Below, one piece after another: positions 47,501 through 59,500 of a stretch of 64,000 nucleotides of DNA; the first letter of the stretch is position 1, and every line of letters starts with the position of its first letter. The translations under genes and the position numbers were made by a program. A model generated the notes under the pieces. That model was not told the DNA's origin. It did not search any database and was given only the letters and a program-made list of their open reading frames with translations. Origin of the DNA: Phoronis australis (taxonomy: Eukaryota; Animalia; Phoronida); assembly GCA_002633005.1 (NCBI GenBank), contig NMRA01000846.1:1-64000 (forward strand), read 5' to 3'.

Positions 47501-50500
47501 CGTAACAAAATATTAAAAGAAGACTGAGTCCCAGACAATGTGGTATTTGTTCGTAAATCAATGTCAAACTGTTATTATACCGTTGACACGAACTTTGTAA
47601 AATGCCAGAGGTCATTAATTCACTTAGACAGCTTTATCGACCACTCAGAAAGTGGTAAAATTGAAATGCGCAACGCTACAAAATGCGAAAATTGTTCACC
47701 ATTGTTTTAGGGTTTTAAAATTCGAAGATTTTGTCATTGGCTTACATCAATCACAAATCGCACCAATGAAATAGCTGATGACTTTAAATTCGGGACTTCC
47801 GTTCTGTACCAATGAATGGTTCAGATCCAAGGCCGCAGCAGTTCGGTCCTCGAGCCGGAAGTGGCACTAAGATCAGGGGAAACGAGGACGTGACCACGGA
47901 CTGCTGCTTCAGAGAGGTTCAGATTTGTTTATCACTGAAGAATCATTGAATATATTGTTGAGTCTACGGAGCGCACCTCACTTTTGCCAGTCTATAAGTT
48001 CACTTACCCCAGCCAATGAAGACGTACTGCCAGAATTTGATCTTGTCTATGGTAAACGCCCACACAATGAGCGTATGGAGGTAGAGTCCTTCAACGAACA
48101 TCCAGAAGAAGTTGGTGACCGTAAAATAGTTATATAAGGTAACAATCATCTTGCACGGCCACTGAAATCAAACGATATTCATTTACTTTCAATGAAGTAT
48201 CAGGCCCATTGCGCAGCGCATAACACGCCAGAGCGTACTCGACGTCTAATGGTTTCTTGCTCACATTGGGCCAGTACAACCCATAAGGGAAAAGTTGCCT
48301 GACGGATCCTTTCCGAACTGTGGAGCGATCTCTTTGAAGCGAGATGAAAATTACTCGCTTAGTGCGTCAGGCAACTTTTCGTTTGAGTGATTCATGCCAA
48401 AGACCAAACGTAATGTTATCACATCGCTTACCTAAAGGCCAAGAGTCTTTTAGCCGGGTTTGTCAATTTTTTCAACGACTTTAAGATATGCACTGAGCCT
48501 GCTTTGGAACTTCCGGTAGAGAGTCGACGATCTGGTGGTGACGTATTTGGAGCTCAGGACAACAGAGCAACCAGTGGGGAATTTGAGAAATAAATTTATG
48601 AATCAAATAAATTGCTTACCGCATGACTGGTGTCGGGGTCAAGCAGTACATATAGAATCATCGAGGAAATGTTGCGAAGGATGAAAGACACCATCAGATG
48701 ACAATGAATTGTATTTCGAAGACATCGCAGATTTCTGAACAAAGAAGACAAACGAATGTTACGGTTCAATGTGTTGGATAACGAGTTCACAGAAACTTTC
48801 ATACGGGACCGGATTGGGATTCTTAACATTTTGGGTTGTTACTAGATATTATATGATTGTGTCCTGCTTTTTCGTCTGAAAATATCGTATCTGGTTACGT
48901 GTGAAAATAGCTGAATCTGACTGGATCTAAGTCATCTAATACGGTAATTTTGACTTACAAAGTAAACGGCCATTTGACCGACAAGCCTGACAAAACCTAT
49001 ACACTGCGCTTGCAGTCTCCTGGTGACGAGACCGTTTCGTCCACGAGTCGGTCATCAGGAACTCCCACACAGCATGCTGTGGAAACCAACATTTCGTGAG
49101 TCCGCTCAAAAAATGTTCGACAGCGGCACAATTTACGAGAAGAGAAGCAGAAGTTTTCAAAAACACAAATAGTCCATTGGCACGGCTTTTGATGTAATTG
49201 ATGGTAGATTCTTGGAAGTGGGCCCTGACAATAGCAGACGCCTGGAAAACACGCAACGCAAGCTACCTGGTTTCGACAAATAGAATTAACAAGATGACGG
49301 GTCGTCATTGAAAGTCTCTCGATAGTATCTTCTGATTTTATCTGTGAATATGGTCCGAACCTTGTTCAGATGTCGTTACCACAGTAGCTTAGCTTTCATA
49401 GCCGTAATTTAAAACATATTTTATAACGGTAAGTGGGTAGACAGCTCATTGTCTCTGAAAAGGGAAAACTTTGACGAGCTCTTCGGAGGAATTGGATGAA
49501 TGTTTTATCCGTCTCTTGACCAAATGCCTTTGCTGTTATGAGTGAAGTTGATATGAAACACCTCCAAGGGAAAATTGGAAGTTGCGAAAATATATGAGCT
49601 CAGGATTGTGTAGGGTTACATGGCCAGTTGCATGAAACAGTCTTAAATAGGGACTCAACTAAGTTCTCTAAATCTTTACGTATTTGTTTCATTCTTTACT
49701 CACAAATGTAATATTTTTTCTATCGTTTTAACTTTATTGTGAGTTCCTCTTGGACGGATGACATTTTCGAATAATATCACTAAAAACTGAGCCCTTAATT
49801 TAATCAAAATAATTAGGAACTTAGTTCTTAAATTAGGGGCGTTGCATGAAAAGACCACCACTTATTTTCAACAATATTGAGAATTCGAACTAAAGTCCAC
49901 TCTCGATTTGTATCAAAGCCAAAAATTGGCTAAGTAATAATACTCAAACAACAAAAGAAAGGGTAACCAGTGCTCTTGCAAGCCCACGAACACGCAGATA
50001 ATTTAGAGAACTTAGTTGAGTCATTATTTTGGACAGTTTCATGCAACAGGGCAATGGCTGTTACTGCAGACGCAATCATTCATATTGCCTGTGTATATTA
50101 AGTATTGTTTCCTGTTGTACTCATTTTCAAGTACCCCCCTGATTGTGAACTTGTCACGTGGTACTGACATTTAAAAGCGTTTTACCCGCCAGTTCCATTC
50201 ATTCGTATTTCGTATTTCGTATCTGTGTGCAGTGTATGCATCTCATTGGTTTCATCGTCGAGATTGCAGGGTTTTCATGATGTAAGTAGTGTTCTTTTGC
50301 TTATCGTTATATTCTGGTTTGTGCNGTATTTGTTTCATTCTTTACTCACAAATGTAATATTATTTCTATCGTTTTAACTTTATTGTGAGTTCCTCTTGGA
50401 CGGATGACATTTTCGAATAATATCACTAAAAACTGAGCCCTTGATTTAATCAAAATAATTAGGAACTTAGTTCTTAAATTAGGGGCGTTGCATGAAAAGA

Positions 50501-53500
50501 CCACCACTTATTTTCAACAATATTGAGAATTCGACGTTAAGTCCACTCTCGATTTGTATCAAAGCCAAAAATTGGCTTAGTAATAATACTCAAACAACAA
50601 AAGAAAGGGTAACCAGTGCTCTTGCAAGCCCACGAACACGCAGATAATTTAGAGAACTTAGTTGAGTCATTATTTGGGACAGTTTCATGCAACAGGGCAA
50701 TGGCACCCAGGTACAATGCATGGTCGAGTCTGAAGAAGTATCATAGATTAAAGTTAATCTATGGTCATACTGGTGTGGATGTTGCTTGGCCACTGAATTG
50801 TAATTTAAAATTTTTCATTATTAACCAAATACATCATAAAACGAAAACAACTTACTTGAAATATAAAAATATGAACACCGCCAAGACCAACGCGATGGTT
50901 GATACACTGTAGCCCACAAAGTAGATGATATATGGGGCAATGCTGGGTGGTTCCTGAAACAAAAACTCGTACACAACAATTGTTAACCTTAGCACAAATG
51001 ACGGGCGTCTTAAATATAAGAAGGTTGTGTGCATACGGATATTACAGTATGACATTGCAATCGTTATTTTCTTAAAAGCTGGCGCTTATGGCGAACTAAT
51101 AGGTATTTGAATCAAGAACTACAGAAAGGAAAGCTTGGTGTTTACTAATAATTGAGCAAAGCCCACCGCGTAATATCTCAACAAGTAGAGACTTTCGGTG
51201 ATACGTTTTGTGTCGTGAAACGCGTCGTAAAGAAATCGTAGATACGATTCGATACCTTTCCGTCTCAGTTCAGTGATATGTTTTAATTCAACACAACACA
51301 AAGAAAAATTCAGCGAAGGGTGCCTCATTCCAATCTGCCTGTTTTTTTCGAGGAAGCGGAAAGACCGCTCAACTAGCGTTGAATCAACGTTTTTCATTCC
51401 CTTGATTCTCCTAATTCGTCCGCGAAAAGTCTCTTCTTCGAGCACAGTGGAAACGGCTCAGAAAATGTTTTGTCGTCCACCCACACCAATGGGCTTTCAA
51501 AAAAATTTACTCAGGTGCATTTCTGGTGGTCATTTTCGGTGGATACACGTACGTGTGAGTGGAGGGCATACCAGTAAATTAAGTGTTGGTGCACTTTAAA
51601 TCATTAAAACACAGAAATGCTTTAACAACAGCTCAGAAATGCTTGACAGGTGACAGGTGCAGTTCGCGTGGTTGTCGCTAATGCACAGATCAGATATTGC
51701 ATCAGGTAAAGAAACGCAGGAGGTTTTAATCAGTAATCAAGTGACGATATTCTGCCAATGAAATGGGGAACAAGAATTTTGTATCACGAGAGACAGCAAA
51801 ATAGTAGTTTCAGATATCTGGCAAATTAGAATCCCATGTTCATCAAGAACCAACATCAATGTCCCACAATTAGGTAAACTTAGAAAAGTCACATTATACA
51901 TATTGGTTTGTAATGCATTTAGAAAACCTTAAAACAAACCAGTTCAGGAAGACAGTTGTCATAATTTGTTCGATTTTCCCAGACGCCCAGCGGTGAGCAG
52001 AGCCGAGTGGCGTTTTCTGAAATTATATAAAATCTGAATGAATAGACAACTCGGTGATATCTTTCAACGAGCACCCTGCGATCGCCAAGATCTCGAACCA
52101 TTATCACAGTCCGCGGGGACACTTACCACGGAGCGAAACTGTTGCCACGCATTTCAAGCACTTTTACCAAGCACTGTACCATTACGACACGAAATCAGCT
52201 CAAATTTAGTGCAAATCGTGAAGTGCATTCTCAATGCGGCTGTGCGCCAGTTTCCGTGAGTTTCTGTGTAATAAAGTTCTTGTAGTACGTGGTAATTGCT
52301 TTGTGGAGAGAGATAAGTGCTTCCGTGGTAACGACTCCGCTCCGTGATAAGTGTTTTGTGGGTTTCAAGATGCACCAATCCATAGGGAACTCGACACCTT
52401 GAAATGTGCGTACAGTGGCAAATAGGAATAATTCGAGCTTTTTGCTATGAAGCGATCCATTCGAGCTAATAAAACAGGCTATAAAATGATTCTTTACTTT
52501 TCAATTTACCTGAAAACTTCATTATACAAATTTTATTGTAAACAGTTAGTCAAAACTTATTCTCAAATTCTACATCTACTTTTAACATGGCAAATCGTTT
52601 TTACAACAAATACGATTTAAAATATTCACCCTTGATTTTTAACGCTCAGAATAAACATCACTTTTTTATAAACTTTGAAAATTAATAATTAAACGCTTGT
52701 AAATATAAATTTAACTGGTGTTCCTTCCTACCTTTCGATAGGTGGAGTTAGTAGTCATGTGTACTAAATGGGTGAAAATAAAAAGAAATTTTTAAATGAG
52801 TAGCAGAATGAAAATTCGAAGGTCTAACTGACCGGTAGTTTCATTCAAGTTCTCAGATCTTGACTTCAATTAGTCTTAATACACCCCGATAACGATTGCT
52901 TTCCTAAAACGCTGTCCAGCATAACGTAAAGACTATCTATTTATATTATACTCTTGTGGTCTTACGAATCTTTATCGATTTTTGATTTTGCAAAAACAAC
53001 CCCTTGATCGTGTCTTGTATTCACAATATTTAGTGTTGAAAATACATTTCGAAAATACTCGAAAATGCATTACTGAAACCAGCAGCGTTCAATAGCACTT
53101 TTAAAAGGGCGTCCAATAAATCTTCATTTTGATTCGTAAATGATCGGCAATACCTCCAGGTATTTTTGGGACACCAGTTAGCAGACGACTGCTGAAAGTT
53201 CCGCGCAGGATAAAAAACAAAATGGTTCACGACTCAAGAGTCCCGATGACTTTGGTGCCTCAGAGGAGAGTGGAGTGAAAAATAAAGATAACAGAACAGT
53301 TTGTTCTGAGTTTGCAAACAAGTAGCCAACAAATTGCGGTGCAAATATGGAATACAAAAATCAGTAGGCCCCGCATGTGCGAAAGAAAGCGTTTCAAGGA
53401 CTGAGCAGTCGATCATTTTGACCACAACGTGGCTTTTGATAAGGTTCGCTAACAATAAGAACAAGCGTTCTAGGTTCATTAGCATTCAGCACGAGCTGTT

Positions 53501-56500
53501 TCTATTTCATTTACGATTTCTTCACGCCTGGTCCGTCCTTTGATGACGAATTCTTAATCTCGAAAACAAATACTGACGATTTCTGTAAAAATGCACAAAG
53601 AACCCTTGGAGGCTTAAGTTTACATGTGCAATTTGCATTTCAAATCTGAAAACAGGCATCGAATTTTTTTGCATATTACATCCAACGACTTTCAAATCCC
53701 GTGGTTCACATTCTGACACAAAGACCATGTCATAGCTGAATGCTGATTTTAACCCTTCGCGAAGGTACTAGTCGCGGAATAGCAGGGGAGAGAGCCAGTT
53801 GTCACGCAGTTTAAAATGTGAAACATTTTCGGCAGTTGCAGTGAATAAATCAGAAATGTTCAGTGGAGGTAAGCACACAAGCAAGAGAACAACGAGTGTA
53901 GTGGTAAGTCTAAACATGCGTTGCTCATTTTTTAAAAATGAAAATCCACTTGAGACAAGCAAATTTATGTGAAATTTGTTTTTTCCTTTTACTCACAGTT
54001 CGGCAAATCATGTCGTTTCAAACCTTTCTTACGTGCCATTGTATAGCTTTCAAAAAACACACAAAAATTTCAAAATGAGTCGAGCCAACTTTGGCATCAG
54101 CGTCAGTTATATATCAAACCAACGAACAGTGAAGCCAGGGCGGTCCTTCGTAACTATCCATCTTATTGAAGATATATGTTTTCCTGAAATTACTGCAGTC
54201 GTATCTAGCATGTACATTTTTGACACGTACACAACATCTATATGGAACTTAGGCACGTTTGTAGATCAAAGATCTTTATGGATAGCAAGCTTACATGTAA
54301 TTTTGAAATGGGTATAAGCTCGCTTTCCGTCGAGTAAACCAAATTACCAAAACCACTTACACGTTAAGAAATTGGTGTCAATTTGTTCATTAGTCAAAAA
54401 TAGCTGAGATTTCCCGGCATGAGAACTGACAGTTAGTTATTGTTTGACACAAGATTCCACAAGATGACTTGTCACGGCGTGTCACTTTATTAAACGACCA
54501 TGGTCTCGAGCAATAAGCAACCGCCAGTTCTTTGCAAGACCAAAAATCACTTCTCAAAATCGAGACCCATTTTTAGCGGTACGTAGTCTAAATCAAAACT
54601 CATTGAGACATGGCCGTTGAAGAGTCTTGTCATACATAGGTTCTTAATTCTTAGAACTGTGCCTATTTTTTAATAACTCGAGGTAGAATTCAATTTAGTT
54701 AAAATAAAACAAACAACACTGAAAAACCAGCAACGCCTCAGAAAATTTGTATCAACCTATTTAGTAAAATGTACTCTATCTGAAATTTCCTGTGTCGATT
54801 AAGGCTGACGTTTGTGACGCTTAAACGTTGGCATTTGTGCAATTCACTTAATTCATTCAACGAATTCTAGTTCGCGACACAAATGAATAGACCTACACTG
54901 AAAACTCCAAAATCATTAGACGTAACGCTGGTGGTAGCATTGATTAAGGTTATCAAGGATTTTCATTTATTAGAATCAGTGAAAGATGCTAATCCCCTCA
55001 TCCATATCTTCGCAGAATCCCAATGACAACCATTGTTAAGATTCATAGACAAAATATGCAAACCTGTCACGAATTAACCCCGAACAGCAAGAGGAAATTC
55101 AGATGGTTTTGTTCATCTTCGTGCCGGCAAACATAACATCGATTCTGACTCGGATATGATGCCAGATTACGCAGTCTGACCTATGGTCAAAGCAACTTCA
55201 TGACCGAGGCATTGCAGGAAAATAGTTAGTCATTTTTCGACTTCATGTTTTTACGAACACCATCCAAACAGTGATTGTTTACGTTTCATTAGTTGGCTAA
55301 TTAATTAACTTTCCGGGTCTGATATAAACGTTTGTTCCATTACGAAGTATTAGAATTAACCAACAGAAAACGGCCGCCGCGGCCTACCAATTTCAACGCA
55401 ACTTGAAATATTTCACATCAAATCAAACTCGAAATATTCAAACATTAATCCCATAAATTCATGACCATCCTGTTTTAACAGAAATCTACATTTTATTGTT
55501 AAAGTGACATGAAGCGCAATGCAAAATTAAGTTTGTTTAATCGTAGAAGAAATGTCATGTGGTAAAACGTGATGGTCTGTGTCGACAAGGTGCCACGAAA
55601 TATAACGGCCTTCATATTCTAAAAATTTGTTCCGTGGAAATGTCCATTCCTCTTCAATAAGTCAAACACGGCTCAAAGGATTTGTGGATAAAAAGAGTAC
55701 CAGTCAAGGAAACTGACAAAGCTTGAATTAAAATTTACTCACGTGATGTGTCAATCAGGGCGTTCTCACTGTTGCCTATATGACTGAACGCCTCGGCATC
55801 CGGGCATTTCATCCGCATCTTAGTGCCACCTAGCGTGGTTGGGATGCACATTATCCCATCCCACGTGCTGTTGCAGTAGACCTGACCCTCGTCTACAACA
55901 ATTTTGATATAATGAGATGCAACATTCCAGTGCGTGCTAAAGGGGCAGTGTTTCGCTGGGCGGATTAAAGGAGCATGCCACCCAAAAAACAACCTAATTT
56001 GTATCAATTTAGATCGAGTAGTTCTACTCCATAAGGGCACGTACGGTTGCGTTACCTGACACCTGACGGCAGACGAAAGTGTTGAAATTATCCAATGACG
56101 TAATTGGTTTCACACGCAGTCTGTTCAGCAGTTCACAACACGGGTTACTGGTGTCAGCTTATTGCTTGAATTCATCGTTTAACACCAATAAATCATCAAA
56201 CTTCGATGTGAAGGCCTTAAAAATACACCGAGTTCTTATGAAAACGTATTATTTCGCTGTTACGGATTCATTGGCGTTTGGACACACCGTAGCCTACCTA
56301 CAAAGTCCGGTAGGCCAATAAGGTCCGTAGCAGGAGTTTGGGGTCTGTTCGGAGATAAATTCGAAGTATTTTTCAGTGAGATAAAGACAGGAGAACCTAG
56401 ATCTGTGTTGTTTAGACTTGTGATTTTTTGAGTTCTAANTTCACGGCCTCATACTCGCTATTTACAGCGTACTTTTCATTCTTCACTACCGCGAACCACT

Positions 56501-59500
56501 TCCTAAGCATTTCGGACTTTCGAAGAAGTCGAAAAAACGATAAACCCGCTTTCCTCGCAGCTGCATAGTTTGGACAAGCGGGAACGATGCACCGCAACAT
56601 AGCGGCATTAACTCTGCAAATGAACCACTGACGTCGCTGCGTCGTTTCTCACCTTCCTCACACGTTAACGCGACACCTCTCGGCAAGGTAAGGTCGACCG
56701 CATGTGAGGCGATGTGGATATAGAGCCATTAAGACGGCAAAAAGACTAATTAAATCGATTGGCATTCTCCTTTAATTGTTCGTTTGTTACATTATAATTT
56801 TAAACGAAAAAACTATAAGTCGATTATCAATTAAACCATGTTTTAGTTCAGTAGTCAGAACTAGCAAAGAAAAAACGTCATAAAACAATTCAATATATAG
56901 AGGGCTTGCACGATATACGATGTCGTTCATTTCATAGGCAGATTTAGGGGTTGCCCCAGGGGGCCCGGGTCCCCCCCTTTGGCTGCCGCAAAAAAAATAA
57001 AACAGCAAGAGCGTAGGGAAATGTTGAGTTTATTAATTAAAACCGGTAATTGAAATTATACGGGTGAAACAAGATTTAAATGTTTGCAGTTTAAGTGTTT
57101 GGGGGGGGGGCTCAGATCCAATTTCAAATGTTAAATTCGGAACACGGCGCATTCGTAACGGAGCTATGGCTAAGTTTTGGCTCTCGCGCGATATCCCAGG
57201 CAGTGGCGCTGCGCACTACGACTACGTTTCCGTCGTCTGCTCCACTGTGCAATGAAGAAAATTTACTTCATTTTTTAAATAAAATGGAACCTGAGTGACG
57301 ATGAAAAAACAGAAGCTGTTGGTAAGATGTGAATTTTAATCGAAGCCTTAGTGAATCACTCAGAAACTCATAATTCTCTCTTTCTCAAACCTTAACTTAA
57401 GACGATTTCCAAAGCAATCCCGTCATTATTGCCAACAAGAAAAACGGATTTGGTCTTTTGGGCATTTAAAGACTATTTTAAATACAACAAATGTGTTAAG
57501 TACCGATTGCACAAAATATAAAACGTGTAATAAGCATTACAAAAAGAAGTAGGTTTCGCGCGCAAACGCTGTGGACCATAAACAAGTAGGTCTCTTGTTA
57601 TAAGGTTAGTAGTTGAGTCGTGGTGGTGTAGTGGTGTGTTTTTTTGGTTTTTTTTTTTGCCTGTTTTTCTTGGATAATACTTCAGGAACCAAGGAAAATG
57701 CTTGATTTTTAGAGGAAAAAACAGAAAAATTTCCCATTACAAAAAGAAGTAGGTTTCGCGCGCAAACCCTATGGACCATAAATAAGTAGGTCTCTTAGAA
57801 AGTGATTAGTAGTTAAGTCGTGGTGGTGTAGTGGTAACGCACGCGCGCTCTGTCCGCCAGGTCGTGAGTTCGAGTCCTAGGTTCTTGCAATTTTTTCTGT
57901 TCCACACGTTCTCCGTTTTATTTTTTCTTTTTTGCCTCTTTTGTCTTCAGGAATCAAGGAAAATCCTTGATTTTTAGAGGTAAAAACGACGACCTCCCCC
58001 CATTCGGTGCTATACGCATCTACAATCGTGGTTTGCGCAAATGCTTATAGCCGGACAAAATTTTGGGTCCCCCCTTTTGATATCCTAGATCCGCCACTGC
58101 ATTTATATGACTGATGCAAGTACATGCCAAGGCGACCATGACGGGAATTAAAGGATGGGCGAGCATTGTGGAGATTGCTTACCACAATGCGGTTTTCCTC
58201 TAACGATTACAATCGTTTAAATGCCTTGGGCGCACTACAGAACGCAAAAATCCACCTGGAGAGTGTGTGTTCTTGCATAGCCCAATGATTCGTAAGAGTT
58301 GGGAAGAAACCAATGCAGTATACACGAGTCTTAAGAAAGAGGGTGCACAGCCGGATTCACGGCGCAATGGCCCATTACAAACAGACTGATAGCTTAAATT
58401 AAAGTAAAAGGACATCCCAAGTCCCGTTTACACTACAAACTCAAGCTCTGTCTGTGGCTTAGAAGTCAGCGCGTTGAATAACCATAGTTCAGCGCGTTAA
58501 TTAAACAAGACAACGCGTTGGTTAAGCAAAAGTGCGCGTTGATTAAGAGCGGAACGATGATCGTTTAGGAACTAATTCAGCGCGTTGATTAAGCAAAACC
58601 ACGCGTTGATTAAGCACATTTCAGCGCGCAGAAACCCTTTGACGCTTCATAGTACGTTTGGGGGGCGGATTACGGCTATAATCGGCGCAAGCAGAATCCG
58701 CCTGGGGTTGTGGTTTCGAGCCGAATTAGTCTTAGCCTACCGTTAACCGAATCTAGGTTGCAACACCCACGTATCTTGAAACAAATTGGATGTTTTAAAT
58801 TTTGTGACAACTGTAAACCACTCATTATTATCGTGCTTTATTGAATAATTTAGATATATTACGAAATCATAAACTCATATTTCGGAGTCTGAAACTCAAT
58901 GTACTGACCTCTGTGAAAGTCAATAATTGTATAATAACTTACACCTGTACAGTAAATGACCTGTTTTGGACCAATGGCTTGCTTCTGTCCTATCCGTACG
59001 ACAGGGACATTATCGACTAGACTGAAAGTTATTTTTTCAGAGGAGCCTCAGCGCGGCTTCGCAGACCCCGCAACCTCCGCTGTCGCAGCCTATTGTCCTA
59101 CTGATAGCGATAAATTACGTCACACAGATGACGGAGTATATCTTGGGTATTTAATTCGTAGCCACAGGCCTTAATTTCAGTGAATGACTGGCAGACAACG
59201 GCGATTGTGTTTCTTTTTTAGCTCTAGCTAAGCATAATATCTTCAACAAGTTTAGCCAAATCCAGAAATAATCCCCAAAAGCGTGTTTTTTGGCCGCAAA
59301 CCCAAAATGAAGGAACATGTCAATTATTCACAGCGCACGCGCAACGGAAAGCACCCCCGAGTCAACTGCGGCCACTGTGAGTGGGTCTGCCTTTGTCTGT
59401 ATTACGTTCCCTGCTGCCGCAGCAACATATCTTACCCTTTTCCACTTCGAAAGTGAAATATGCTTATCACAACAGGCGTCGCCAGTGAATATTGACGCCG

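Noticed and set aside
53594-53614. Minus-strand reading SLQGFFV, matching the canonical class B TM7 motif
   Set aside because: It lies between ECD exons, has no phase-compatible splice sites, and the similarity ends after 7 residues (no YCF.N.EV).
57817-57890. Possible functional tRNA gene
   Set aside because: Acceptor and anticodon stems do not pair; reported as a SINE head instead.
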